DNA from: Octopus sinensis
Lineage: Eukaryota
Direction: 5' to 3'
Length of the DNA stretch: 64,000 bases
Assembly (NCBI RefSeq): GCF_006345805.1
Contig: NC_042999.1
Coordinates: 123,628,001 to 123,692,000, forward strand
This document shows, in pieces, positions 49,171 to 60,460 of the stretch; the stretch's first letter is position 1, and every line of letters starts with the position of its first letter. A program made the translations under genes and the position numbers. The notes below the pieces were generated by a model, which was not told where the DNA came from, did no database searches, and saw only the letters and a list, made by a program, of their open reading frames with translations.

Positions 49171-49709
49171 ATGTGTGTGAGTGTGTGTATATATAAATAT
49201 GCAGGTATGTATGATACACACACAGACATATATATATATATATATAATGCGTTTTGCTTAGGAACAATACACATTACTATAGTTTTCTGACTTGAATTGA
49301 GTAGAACAAACCTCTCCAAATCATTGTCAAAGTATCTGTGTAAAGGTAGTAAGGGCTGGTTAGCTACCTTGTACTGGCATGGAGTGATAAAATGTTTAAC
49401 AATAAAGTGAAGTCAAGTAATGATATTTTGAATGTATTTAGCATGCGTGTCTCAGATCATTGTACAACAAATAAAAAGGAAGTAATTTTTTTTACACAAC
49501 ATTGTCCTCAGTTAATACATTTCAAAATGCCTTACCTGTTTTGAAATTTCTTAACAGAGGAAAATGATGTGTTATAGATGAATTCCTTTTTAACTATAGG
49601 GAAACCATGTGAAATGCATGTATTAAATGCATTCAAAATATCATTCCTTGGTCTGACTTCATTAGCTTTGGATTCTACCTAGGATAACCTGCCTTAACCT
49701 ACTATCTTA

Positions 49710-50602
49710 TATTGGTTTCACATTTTGGCACAAAGCCAGCAATTGCAGAGTAGGAAGTAAGTCAATTACATCAACCTCAATGTTCATCTGGTACTTATTT
49801 CATTGACCCAGAAAAGATGAAATGCAAAGTCAACCTCAGCAGAATTTAAACTCAAAACATAAAGACAGACGAAAATCTGCATAAGTATTTTGCCTGGTAT
49901 GTGAATGATTCTGCCAGTTCACCACCTTAAAACTACTATCTAATATCGGTTTCAAATGTCAGTTCAAGGCCAGCAGTTTCAGAAGAGGGGTTAAGTCAAT
50001 TACATCGACCCTAGTGTTCAACTGGTACTTATTTTATCGATCCCGAAAGATGAAAGATAAAGTCAGTCTCGGTAGAATTTGAATTCAGGATGTAAAGACA
50101 ATCAAAATTTTACTAAGCATTTTGCCCAGCATGCTGACAATTTTGCTGTCTAATATCAATAATAAGGAATAATTGTTCTGAAAGAATACCAGCACATATC
50201 ACAACCATTTTAAACATTCCTCAGCTGATCTTCTATTGATCTCTTGTGATCTAAACTCTATATAGTCATTTCTAGCCACAAGTTCTTTTAGTGTATAAAT
50301 ATAAAAATGCCTTAGTCAATCCTGATACCAGTTATCTGCCTGTCTGTACATTTATTCTATTATACATATACCTATTTCTTTACTGCCCACAAGGGGCTAA
50401 ACACAGAGGGGACAAAGAAGGACAGACAAACGGATTAAGTCGATTACATCGACTCCAGTGCGTAACTGGTACTTAATTTATCGACCCCGAAAGGATGAAA
50501 GCAAAGTCAACCTCGGTGGAATTTGAACACAGAATGTAACAGCAGACGAATACGCTAAGCATTTCACCCAGCGTGCTAATGATTCTGCCAGTTCGCCGCC
50601 CT
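49710..50602 (-). mobile_element. Three clustered tRNA-SINE family B copies (about 49710-49930, 49945-50150, 50372-50602)
   Basis: Shared aaagatgaaa..caaagtc..gaatttga segment in each. Confidence 0.8.
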
Positions 50603-51249
50603 CATTATACATATACCAGCTTGATTGGAACACTGTCTATAGGCAATTCTCATTTAGGCAGCCATAACATCCTTGCATTTATAGTTGCACTTTAACTTGG
50701 AGTTTAGCCAGGGACACCAGCTTGAGTACTAATTGTATGTACCGATTATCCTGCATTGTCAGATGTAAGAGTATTTGAAACTTCTATTTATTCACACACA
50801 CACATTAAGTACACACATGTACACATATCATTACTTCATGTCAATACTGGAATGCATTGAACTGGTTTCATCTTTCAAGTCATCATAGTCCTTCATTACA
50901 TCACACCACCGACAGAAAAAAGCCAGCTAGCATGATCATCGTTGTTTAGTATGGATGTACATCCCATCATCAAAGAATGGATTTTAGTGACACTGGTAGC
51001 AAAGAGGTTAGCCCATTATGCACACTGATTAAGTACACACGTACTCACACCATTACTTCATGTCAATACCAGCATGCACTAGATCAATCATGTCTTTCCA
51101 TTCATCATACATTCATACAAGTTGAAGTACCAAAGTACATCTCTTAGCTAAGTTTGCATACATGAGGCTGATAACATTATAAGACTTGGAAAGCAGCTCC
51201 TTGAGCAACATTCCTTGTCTGATAACCTTAAATACGTGCCCAAAGAAGT

Positions 51250-52680
51250 CGCATGACTCTACCACAACAGATCATCAGATGAAAGGATAAGAGTATATGA
51301 GCAGAAGACCATGCATGGATATGTTAGTAGAAAGCTGAGATGATAGTAACATCGATCATCAAAGCAGTCTATCATGGACCAATAGCCAGATCTCCACCTC
51401 CCACTTTGAAGGGTATGTGTTTGCATTCCAGGAACTTGAAATATTGGCCAAATACCTAATGCACAAAAGGGACAGAAATACAGAAAAAGCAGTAAAATAT
51501 GACAACCAATGCAGACTTTATGGAATTAACACCAAAGATATCATACATACATCTTAAGTTGGAGAACTCCTTTCCAGGTACTCTGAAAGTACAACAGTCT
51601 CATGCAACCCAAAGGAGGCTGGACTGGCCTACCTAAATAGAAGCTTGGAGGAGAAGCAGGCATCACACCAGCAAAAGCAATGCAGGAGTACATATCCCAT
51701 TAGCTAAAGGGCAACAACAGTATTGACAGGCAAAGATGCTTCTCCTGGACATGTGATAGATTCATTACATCCCACCCAGAAGGACATGCCTTTATTATCC
51801 AGCAGCAGGAGATATTCTACTAAATTCCTGATAATCAAGAGAGACAAAGATGCCTCCAAACCTCCACTTTGTGGCAGAAAATATTTGCTCTGCTATATCC
51901 CTGTGGAAGTTATCACCCATACCATCAACAGCTACCCCCAAATGTCTATAAGATACTACTCGCCTCTGAGGTGTGATATAGTTGCAATGACTATTCATAA
52001 TTCTATCCACAGGAAGGATTGCCATGACATATACATCAAAGGCAAGCCAGAACCAGCAGGTATTTAAACCTTTCAAAATAAGGAATGCTGGTGGATCACC
52101 CCAATAAAATCAACAATTCAGTACAAACATAACAGACCTGAAATTGCTCCTTGAGACAGGAAACAAAAGTCATGCACTGTTGTGGAGGTCAGTTGTTCAG
52201 CAGATGTGAATGTACAATCAAAAGTCCAGGGAAAAGAGAACAGTTATGATGAATTAATGTAGATCTTACAGCTCTTGCACCCTGACTATGAATTCTCATT
52301 TGGGCATATTATTATAGGTGCTTTATATTATGTAGCAACAAATTTGCACAAAAACCTAGAAATACTCAGTTTCAAAGAGAAAGGGCAGATGAGACTGATG
52401 CAGATTCTCCAAATCCAATCTGTTAGTAGCACAGTGAAGATTTGTAAGACATTCCAAAAATTCTTCATCTGATATTCTTATGTCAATACATGTACATACT
52501 TGGGTGAATGCATCAACAGTTCAACCAACACGCTGACTCAACCACATATTTACAAACACCGGGAACTCACTTAACTCAATAAGTCTTATTGCTTTGTTAG
52601 CAACCAGCTTGAACTCTCTCAAGATGAACTTGAATAAAACTTTTCTCAAGTTTAAAATGTGGTATTGTTTTGGTTATCTA
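51250..52680 (+). mobile_element. RLE-type non-LTR retrotransposon 3' part (R4/NeSL-like group), decayed
   Basis: QKTMHGY, FEGYVFAFQE, DNQCRL, CWW..KHNRPEI..CTVVEVSC, FSFGHIIIGAL..STVKICKTF; 3' UTR shared with 14650. Confidence 0.8.
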
Positions 52681-52793
52681 CATTCCAAATAATGGAGCTT
52701 TGTATATTTGTCAGAAACCAGCTCCTTCCTCAGAGAAAGAATTTAAATAATTAAAAACAGAAGAGAACATACACTTATGCATACACATATATA

Positions 52794-52825
<32 letters not shown>

Positions 52826-52857
52826 AGTACATGTATATAAATATAGATATACATATA

Positions 52858-54111
52858 TGAGGTTGGGCAGAAAAGTTAATAGGTTGACTAGAAAGGAGTG
52901 ATGCTTGAACTGTTAAATCTTGGATGCATTAATTACAGCTCTTCTTATTAATAGTCGCATTTGTTTCTTTCTGGGTAAAATGACATCCAACTGTTCAAAG
53001 AAGACTTTAAAAGTAACTTGTATCGACTTCTCTTGAAAATGGACAAAATTTGGCATTGTTGAGTTATCAAGTACCTTTCAGAAGAATGGCTTAGCCCCCA
53101 AGGACTTTCATTTTGATATGTTACTACTTTAGGGGATAACACTCCAGATTTATCAGCAGTGCAAAAGTTAACAGCCGAATTTAGGAGGGGAAAAGAAAGT
53201 CATGTAGATGACTCAAGATTTGGACGTCCTGCAACTGCCACCACTGAGGCAAACATTGGTTATGTTCACCACTTGGTGATGGATGACAGGGGATCGACTA
53301 TAAATCAAAAAGCAAATGCCATTAGCATATCTTGTGAGAGAGTTGAGAATATTCTGCACAATGAACTTGGCATGATGAAGTTTTCTGCTCAGTAAGTGCC
53401 ACATGTTTTGACACAAAATCAAAAGTGCACCAAACTCATCATATCACAGGAAAATTTGACATTGTTTCAGGCAGATCCAGCTGGTTTTCTTGAATGTTTC
53501 CTAAACCAGGATAAATGTTGGATTCATCTATTTGAGCCATAGACAAAGAGACAGTCCATGCAGTGGAAACACCCCTCCTCATTTGCCCCAAAGAAGGCCA
53601 AGATCATTTGATCTGCAAGGAAACTGATGGCCTTAGTTTTTCGGGATGCAAAAGGCATTGTGTTTATTGACTATCATCAAAAGGGCCACACCATCAATGG
53701 TGACTACTGTGCAATCTTGCTGAGGCAGATACGAAAGGCTCTCAAGACCAAAAACCCAGGAAAACTAATGAAATGGATCTTGTTTCACCAGAACAATGCT
53801 CCAGCACAGAAGTTCTTGGTTTCAATGGCTGCTGTGTGTGATTGTGGCTTTGAAGTGGTTGACCTCCCTCCCTATTATTTGTTCCCCAACATGGAAAAAC
53901 ACTTGGCTGGGAAGTATTATTTCAGTTATGACATCATATCTGCTGTTGACCAACAGAATGAAGTGTTTGTATTCAATGGGATCCTAGCACTGCAACACCG
54001 ATGAAAGAAGTGTGTGGAATGCAAGAGGGACTATGTTAAAAAATAAACCTCATTTGTTCACATTCCTTGAGTTTATCTGGGTCAGCCCATGAACTTTTCA
54101 GCTAACCCTCA
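52858..54111 (+). mobile_element. Full-length mariner (1254 bp), decayed
   Basis: TIRs tgaggttgggcagaaaagttaatagg / rc tgagggttagctgaaaagttcatggg; TA flanks; ORFs DDSRFGRP.. and VFRDAKGIVFIDY..FHQNNAP. Confidence 0.9.
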
Positions 54112-54139
54112 TATGTATACACACACAAACATAAACTGT

Positions 54140-54310
54140 AGCACAAGAAGTGTTGGTGGAACATGTCTATTGAAACTTTTACCAAGTGCTGACATAACAG
54201 ACCTGAAATAGTTATTCAGGATAGAAAAGAAGTCATGTACATTCATAGAGTTTAGTTGCCCGACAGATGTCAACATGTCTTCCAAAAGTCAACAAGGAAG
54301 ACAACTTCTT
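54140..54310 (+). mobile_element. Short RLE endonuclease fragment
   Basis: CWWNMSIET..HNRPEIVIQDRK, homologous to about 52085-52200. Confidence 0.6.
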
Positions 54311-54365
54311 TAAAATTTGTAACTCCTCTACTCTGATTATAAATTTATATTTACACTAATAGTCA

Positions 54366-54690
54366 TTTATGGAGGCACAATGGCCCAGCGGTTAGGGCAG
54401 CGAATTTGCAGTTGGAGAATCATGGTTTCGATTCCCAGACCGGGCGTTGTGTGTGTTTATTGAACGAAAACACCTAAAAAAGCTCCACAAGGCTCCGGCA
54501 GGGGGTGGAGGCGACCCCTGTTGTATACTTTTGCCCCGACTTTCTCTCACTCTTTCTTCCTGTTTCTTGGGTAACACTGCAATGGACTGGCATCCCGTCC
54601 AGCTGGGGGAAAACACATACACCACAGAAACTGGGAAACCGGGCCCATGAGCCTGGCTAGGCTTGAAAAGGGTGAAATAAAGATAAGATA
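54366..54690 (+). mobile_element. tRNA-SINE family C with V-domain-like core
   Basis: tggcccagcgg (A box), ggtttcgattccc (B box), ctgcaatggactggcatcccgtccag core recalled from V-SINEs. Confidence 0.7.
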
Positions 54691-55288
54691 AACTAATAGT
54701 CATTAGTGCACTTGGTTATAAATGCCTAACTCACAATCTGAAGAAGCTAGGATTTTCAAGCAAAGAAAGACACTGGTTAACATGAACTTTAAGTGGAATA
54801 AGAAGAATATGCAAAAGTTTCTGAAAATTTGATATATAACATTTTTTCTTTTTGCAATGGAAATACCAATGATGGAGCTTTTGTTTTTTCCACCATTCTG
54901 GAAAGAATTGTAAATAAATAAATAAGCAAATAAATAAAAGTATAAAAAAAGGAAAAGATATACTTGATGGGGACTAAATTCCAATGAAAATGGCTGTTTA
55001 TCAATGTTTGTAAAATTTGAAAACTAAAAACAGGAAAACACATATATGTATAAATGCATACACATATATGTATGCATGTGTGTTTATAAATAAATAGAGA
55101 CACACACCACATGCACACACATGCGCGCACACACACACACACACATATATACATGCACACATAAATACACAGGTACTTACAACCTTGCCAGTGAGCAGGT
55201 GGCCAATCAAACTTTAAAACTCAAATTTGGAAGAGGTACACATATCGATATACATACATGCATATATATATGTATATGCATATACATA

Positions 55289-55327
<39 letters not shown>

Positions 55328-58300
55328 CATGTATATATCTGTGTGTGCATGTGTAACTTACATACACTATTTAGATATATAGATAGATAGATAGAGGGAG
55401 GGTGAGAGGGAGGGAGAGAGAGAGAGAGAAGATCACAGTACTATCCTCTGTAAAAGTACTGAATTTGAATCAACACATGAATGAATTCAATTGATTTGAT
55501 GTCTACATTTAAACTAAAGTCTACTTAGAGCAACTTCTATGTTGGTAATTTAATTGCTATGCGTTGTTGTGTCTGAATTCTAGAAATTTGAAAGCATTTC
55601 AATGGCCGTTGTAAATCTATATAGATTGAGAAAAAGGGTTAAGCAATTTTCAGTCTAATTTTGAATTCTTTACTTTTATTTTTATGATGCAAAAATTTAT
55701 ACTCTTTAACATTGATCAATAAAACAATAATGTAGAATATAATACTATTTTTGCTGTTAGTTTTTAACCAGCCTTAAAACACCTGTTAACAGCCTGCCAA
55801 CAGCTCATGACATGATGGATGAGACCTTGCTAGCTTGAATAATCAAATACTAAAGTTGAAGAAATTAATGTCAGCAACAGGTATCATATTTACTCTTCTT
55901 GTTTAAGAAAATCCTTTACAATGAAAGCTCACATACAAATGAATTTATGCAGTGAAGTAGAAAAATACAAGATTGATAATTATGTGTAATGTATTGCTAA
56001 TTATCTGTGGTCTTTAGAATTTTTACATCCATTTTCTCATATTTACATGTTTAAAGTGTTTTCATTTTCATATTGTCCTCAATTTCAAGTTTTTGCTGCA
56101 GGAATACTAATTCATTGAAATTAATTTATTGTTATTGTTTACATTATTTTCTTTTTTTCTGTTTAACATTATTTCAAGTTACAATCCATCCATTAGCAAC
56201 AACCATTTATAACCTTGTTGGTAGTGTACTATGCTACACCAGATCATTTTAATTTGCAATTTATTTTAAGTCTCAGTTGCCTTATACAAAATCTATCTAT
56301 GATTTAGAATTCAAATATAGATTTGAATATCTATCTTTTATTTTATTTTAGATAATCCTTTTCTCTCTTGCTGTGTTTTTATGTCATTTACAATTAGACT
56401 CCTTGAAAACATAATGCATCATCTATAACAGAAAGTTATTAACAGTTAAGTGAGAGGAATTATGATAATTTTTCATAAAATTCATATTAAATGCTTATAC
56501 ATTTTCTTGAATTCTCTACATGTCATTGCTGTTCTCACATAACAAAAAGTTTTGTCATAACCACCATCATCTCCACCCACTCTAAGAACTACTATTTTCC
56601 ATCCATTATTCATTGACTGGAAGGGTTAAATGCCACTAAGATTAAATTGTACATTAATTCTCTATTCTTTTGTCTTGTCCAAGTTCAGGATTGATATTCA
56701 TTTTATCTGTTTAGCATTCTTCCCATCGCGACCAAGGGCCAAAGCCATTCATCTTCAAAATGAGCTCATCCTTTGGTCAATTGTCTTAAGCAAAGCATAT
56801 AACCTTTATCTAACAACTTCCTCATCACAATGAAGTAACCTCTTATCTCTACTTAGGTCTTTCTTAACCAAAACATTTCGAAAGCAGATCCACAACATAA
56901 CAAGAATTATATTAAAAGAACTGATTCACGGACCAGGTTTTACTGACATAAAGTAGTTGCACAGTATGAAAACTAAATTCAGTCAATGTGTCCTCTGATA
57001 TACCAGATGGCAGGAAGAGGAAATATTTTATAAAATTTCTTTAAATCAAAGTAAACTCTTAAAGCCATACTATGTTGGATCAGAAAAACCACTAACCTGA
57101 ACAGTAAAGCAGTCTGGTAACAGATGATGCCAACATCCTTAATGGCTTCCCTTATTTCCTTAAGTCTTTGAAGAATTATATTTTTGCATCTGAATTCAAA
57201 GAATGGTTTTTAGTGAAACACCTAATGCTTATAGAAGATGGAGTGACTACTACCACACTCAACCATTTAGAGGCAGACTGCATACATTTAGTTTCATACC
57301 TATTTGCATAAGATTTAACAGAAAATATTGAGCTGAAAGCTTTTAAACAGAAAATCAACCATCCAAGCAAACGAATAGCTTTAGATTCTGTCTCAAAATC
57401 ATTTACCTAGAACAACTCTGTAAATATCTCTTGTAACACTGGTTTCATGAGAATGATGTTGAACAAGGGGTATATCAATGTCTTCATTTTCACATCAAAT
57501 TCAGAGTTAAACTAGTTCACATAAAACATGAGACTCTACAATTATAATTATTATTTGCACAATTTTAACCTCTTAGTATTTACACTTAACAATTCCCCAT
57601 AGTGATTTTCCATATCTTCTCTTTAGTTTCTGTGTCAATATCATGATTTTCATTATTCAGTTTGTATTCCAGCTAATTTATGAATGTTCACTCATTGCTT
57701 TGAAGAGTATCATATTTCTACTTCTCTGTAGTTTTCTTTGTTGTATGCATTGCCAATTTGTTCCCTTTCTAATGTCAAGATACTTCACCTTCCTTTTACT
57801 CAAATCTCATTATTTATTTTCACAAATTTATCAATTCTGTCTTCTCATATTAAGTTGATAAACACCTTGTTGTTCAAATACGGGTTTACATTCAGAAGAC
57901 ATGATATTATTCTACTCTATAATGAATAGACATCTGCATTTCAAAAGTATTAAAGGACATTACAGTCTCCTGGATAAACTTAACAAATTATTCACATATT
58001 TCACATTTCTCAAATTCCAACTTGTTTCCTAGGAAAAACAATAGAAGGCAGACCAACATATACCTACTGAATAATAATCTAAAACCAGAAGACTCATTTC
58101 TGCTTCCTTGTTTTCTACAAAGATTTAAACACTATCAGTTTTGCAATTTTAAGAAAAAATGTATCATAAATATTTTCACATTAGCAAATAGCTTCGTAAT
58201 ATCCTTATTAACTAAATTTTATAAGGTAACGTTATAGTAAAAGTCAGCATGTTGTGTGTTTTAGGTTCAAGTGATAGACATCTTTAAAACCAAAATAAAT

Positions 58301-59614
58301 AGTGCATATTAAAGTTGCTTGTTCTTGCTATCCATATTTCTTTTCAAATATTTTCATTATTGATAAAGATATGTACTAATTTGTTCTCTGCAGGTATTTG
58401 TACACAGGATATTTCTATTTATCAATTATATCCATAAACTACAGAATATGCCTGCCAACTAATATCAATTGTTTATTCCTAAGGGAATTTTTTCTCTCAA
58501 ACCCATTAATTTATGAAATTATATTAGGACAATATAGTTTTTACTTTAACATTTTTTTTTGTTGCATGACTAAAAAAATTCCATAGCATGTATGTGAATA
58601 AAAACATAAATAATTTGAGTTTACTATATTCATCTGATGCTCTTTGACTAATTTTCCTTTTTAAATGTTAATGCTTTTCTAAAATATAAGTACATTTTAA
58701 TGCCATCATTCCCAAGAGATGATAAGAATATTTCAACTTTGACATTCTTTATATGATGGCAAATATCATTATCACTATAGGAACACACAAACTCAAAGGC
58801 TTAAACATATCAGTTGATATTAAATAAAACTATGAATAAAAATATAAAAGATATTGTTTTCTATATCTGTATGATAGTCTGAAATTCACCGACATTCTTT
58901 TACATTCAACATTTGAATTATTTAGAAACTCAACTGCATTCTTCTTCGCTAAAATCTATTTAAAATGTCAGCAATTTTATGAGTGTATGAATAGAACTTT
59001 TTACAAAGAAAACCTTTCAGTATAAACTGTAATGCAGAAATAGGGCAATATTAAATGTAAATTTCTTCAAATACTGAAACGATACCTTATGATAAGTGTA
59101 AATATGCATGTTGTTGTACAGTGTTTGAAATCATTACATTTACTTCCCAAAGCAATTATGAAAGTTGCAGCACCAATTCTAAAAGCATTCACTAAAATGT
59201 ATCTGGTATATTAATGATTTCTCAAGCATGTTTATCCATTTTAACTTGCTTTAATCTTTATTGAATATAGAATTTACACATATCACACAATTCTTAAATT
59301 TGGAACTGATATCGCCTTCTCCTTTAACAACTTATTGGAAGAAGAATTTCGTAGTTAAATATCTTGAAACAAACCCTTGAGTTATGAAAATACTGAAAAG
59401 CCATTAATTACATTCAAAACAAAAGTACATTTTACACTGGGGTATTGTAGATGCATTCGAGATAAAGTACTCCTCCCCAACATATATCTGCATTTCTCTC
59501 TCTCTCTGTCTCTCTCTCTCCACACATGTACATTAACGCACACACACAAACATTATATACATATATATATGAAATAAGGTTTGAAAATGCAATTTTAAAG
59601 ATGTTTATTCACTT

Positions 59615-59718
59615 AAAAATATGGAATGCTTCACAAATTTGCATATCATCCTTTGCACAGGGGCCATACTAATCTTCTCTGTATTGTTCCAATTTTAGAA
59701 TATGTACCACCATAGCAC
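59615..59718 (-). pseudogene. U6: U6 snRNA pseudogene
   Basis: rc GTGCT..ACATATTCTAAAATTGGAACAATACAGAGAAGATTAGTATGGCCCCTG..GGATG..CAAATTTGTGAAGCATTCCATATTTTT; ACAGAGA box intact, CpG sites mutated. Confidence 0.92.
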
Positions 59719-59851
59719 AAGGATGAGATGCAAATTTGTGAAGCATTCCATATTTTTAAGTGAATAAAAATCTTTAAAATTGCATTTTCAAACCTTCATT
59801 CATATATATTTCCACTCGTGTGGTACCTTACAATTTCCCTTTGTTTTATAC

Positions 59852-59896
<45 letters not shown>

Positions 59897-59904
59897 GGCA
59901 ATTT

Positions 59905-60070
59905 AAGTAAACAAAAGATTCAAATAGGCAAATAAAAAAAAACAAATAAAAACGAATGTGAGGAAGTATTGAAAAAATGTATTAGCTTGATGCTCAGCGA
60001 AAGGAGAGAGTTTGATGTTTTGAGCGTAGCTCTTCATCAGAAAGGAGAAAGGGAAAAGTCCAAAGAAGGA
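59905..60070 (-). mobile_element. Penelope-type terminal-repeat remnant (family 1) with decayed hammerhead at 60010-60043
   Basis: rc uuu-CUGAUGA-a-gagc-uac-gcuc-AAA-ACAU-C-aaac (G12 and stem III mutated). Confidence 0.65.
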
Positions 60071-60164
60071 AAAGAAAAAGAAATCACCAACAGCATGTGT
60101 AGTTACATTGCGGAAGTGACACACACACACACACATATATACATACATACCATGCATATTTATA

Positions 60165-60460
60165 TATTGGTTTCAAATTCTGGCACATGGTAAGTAATTT
60201 CAGTAGAGTGGGTAAATCAGTTACATCAATCCTAGTACTCAACTGGTACATATTTTATTCACCTCAAAAGGATGAAAGACAAAGACAGCCTTGGTGGCAT
60301 TTGAACTCAGAACATGAAGATGTATGAAAAGGTACTAAGCATTCTGAAAGGATGAAAGGTATTTGAGTGGTATTTGAGCTCAGAACATGAAGACAGAGGA
60401 AATAGCACAAAGAATTTTACCCAGTATGCTAATGATTCTGCCAGGTCATTGCCTTCATGT
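60165..60460 (-). mobile_element. tRNA-SINE family B with partial internal duplication
   Basis: aactggtac..aaaggatgaaag..tttgaactcagaacatgaaga occurs twice. Confidence 0.7.

Noticed and set aside
56566-56580. VGGDD string on the minus strand as an RdRp motif C
   Set aside because: Followed by GG rather than hydrophobic residues, and the upstream LSG..MN match has the wrong spacing; not supportable without a profile search
59615-59718. Functional U6 gene
   Set aside because: 5' stem-loop altered, multiple CpG transitions, and upstream promoter region replaced by the inverted arm
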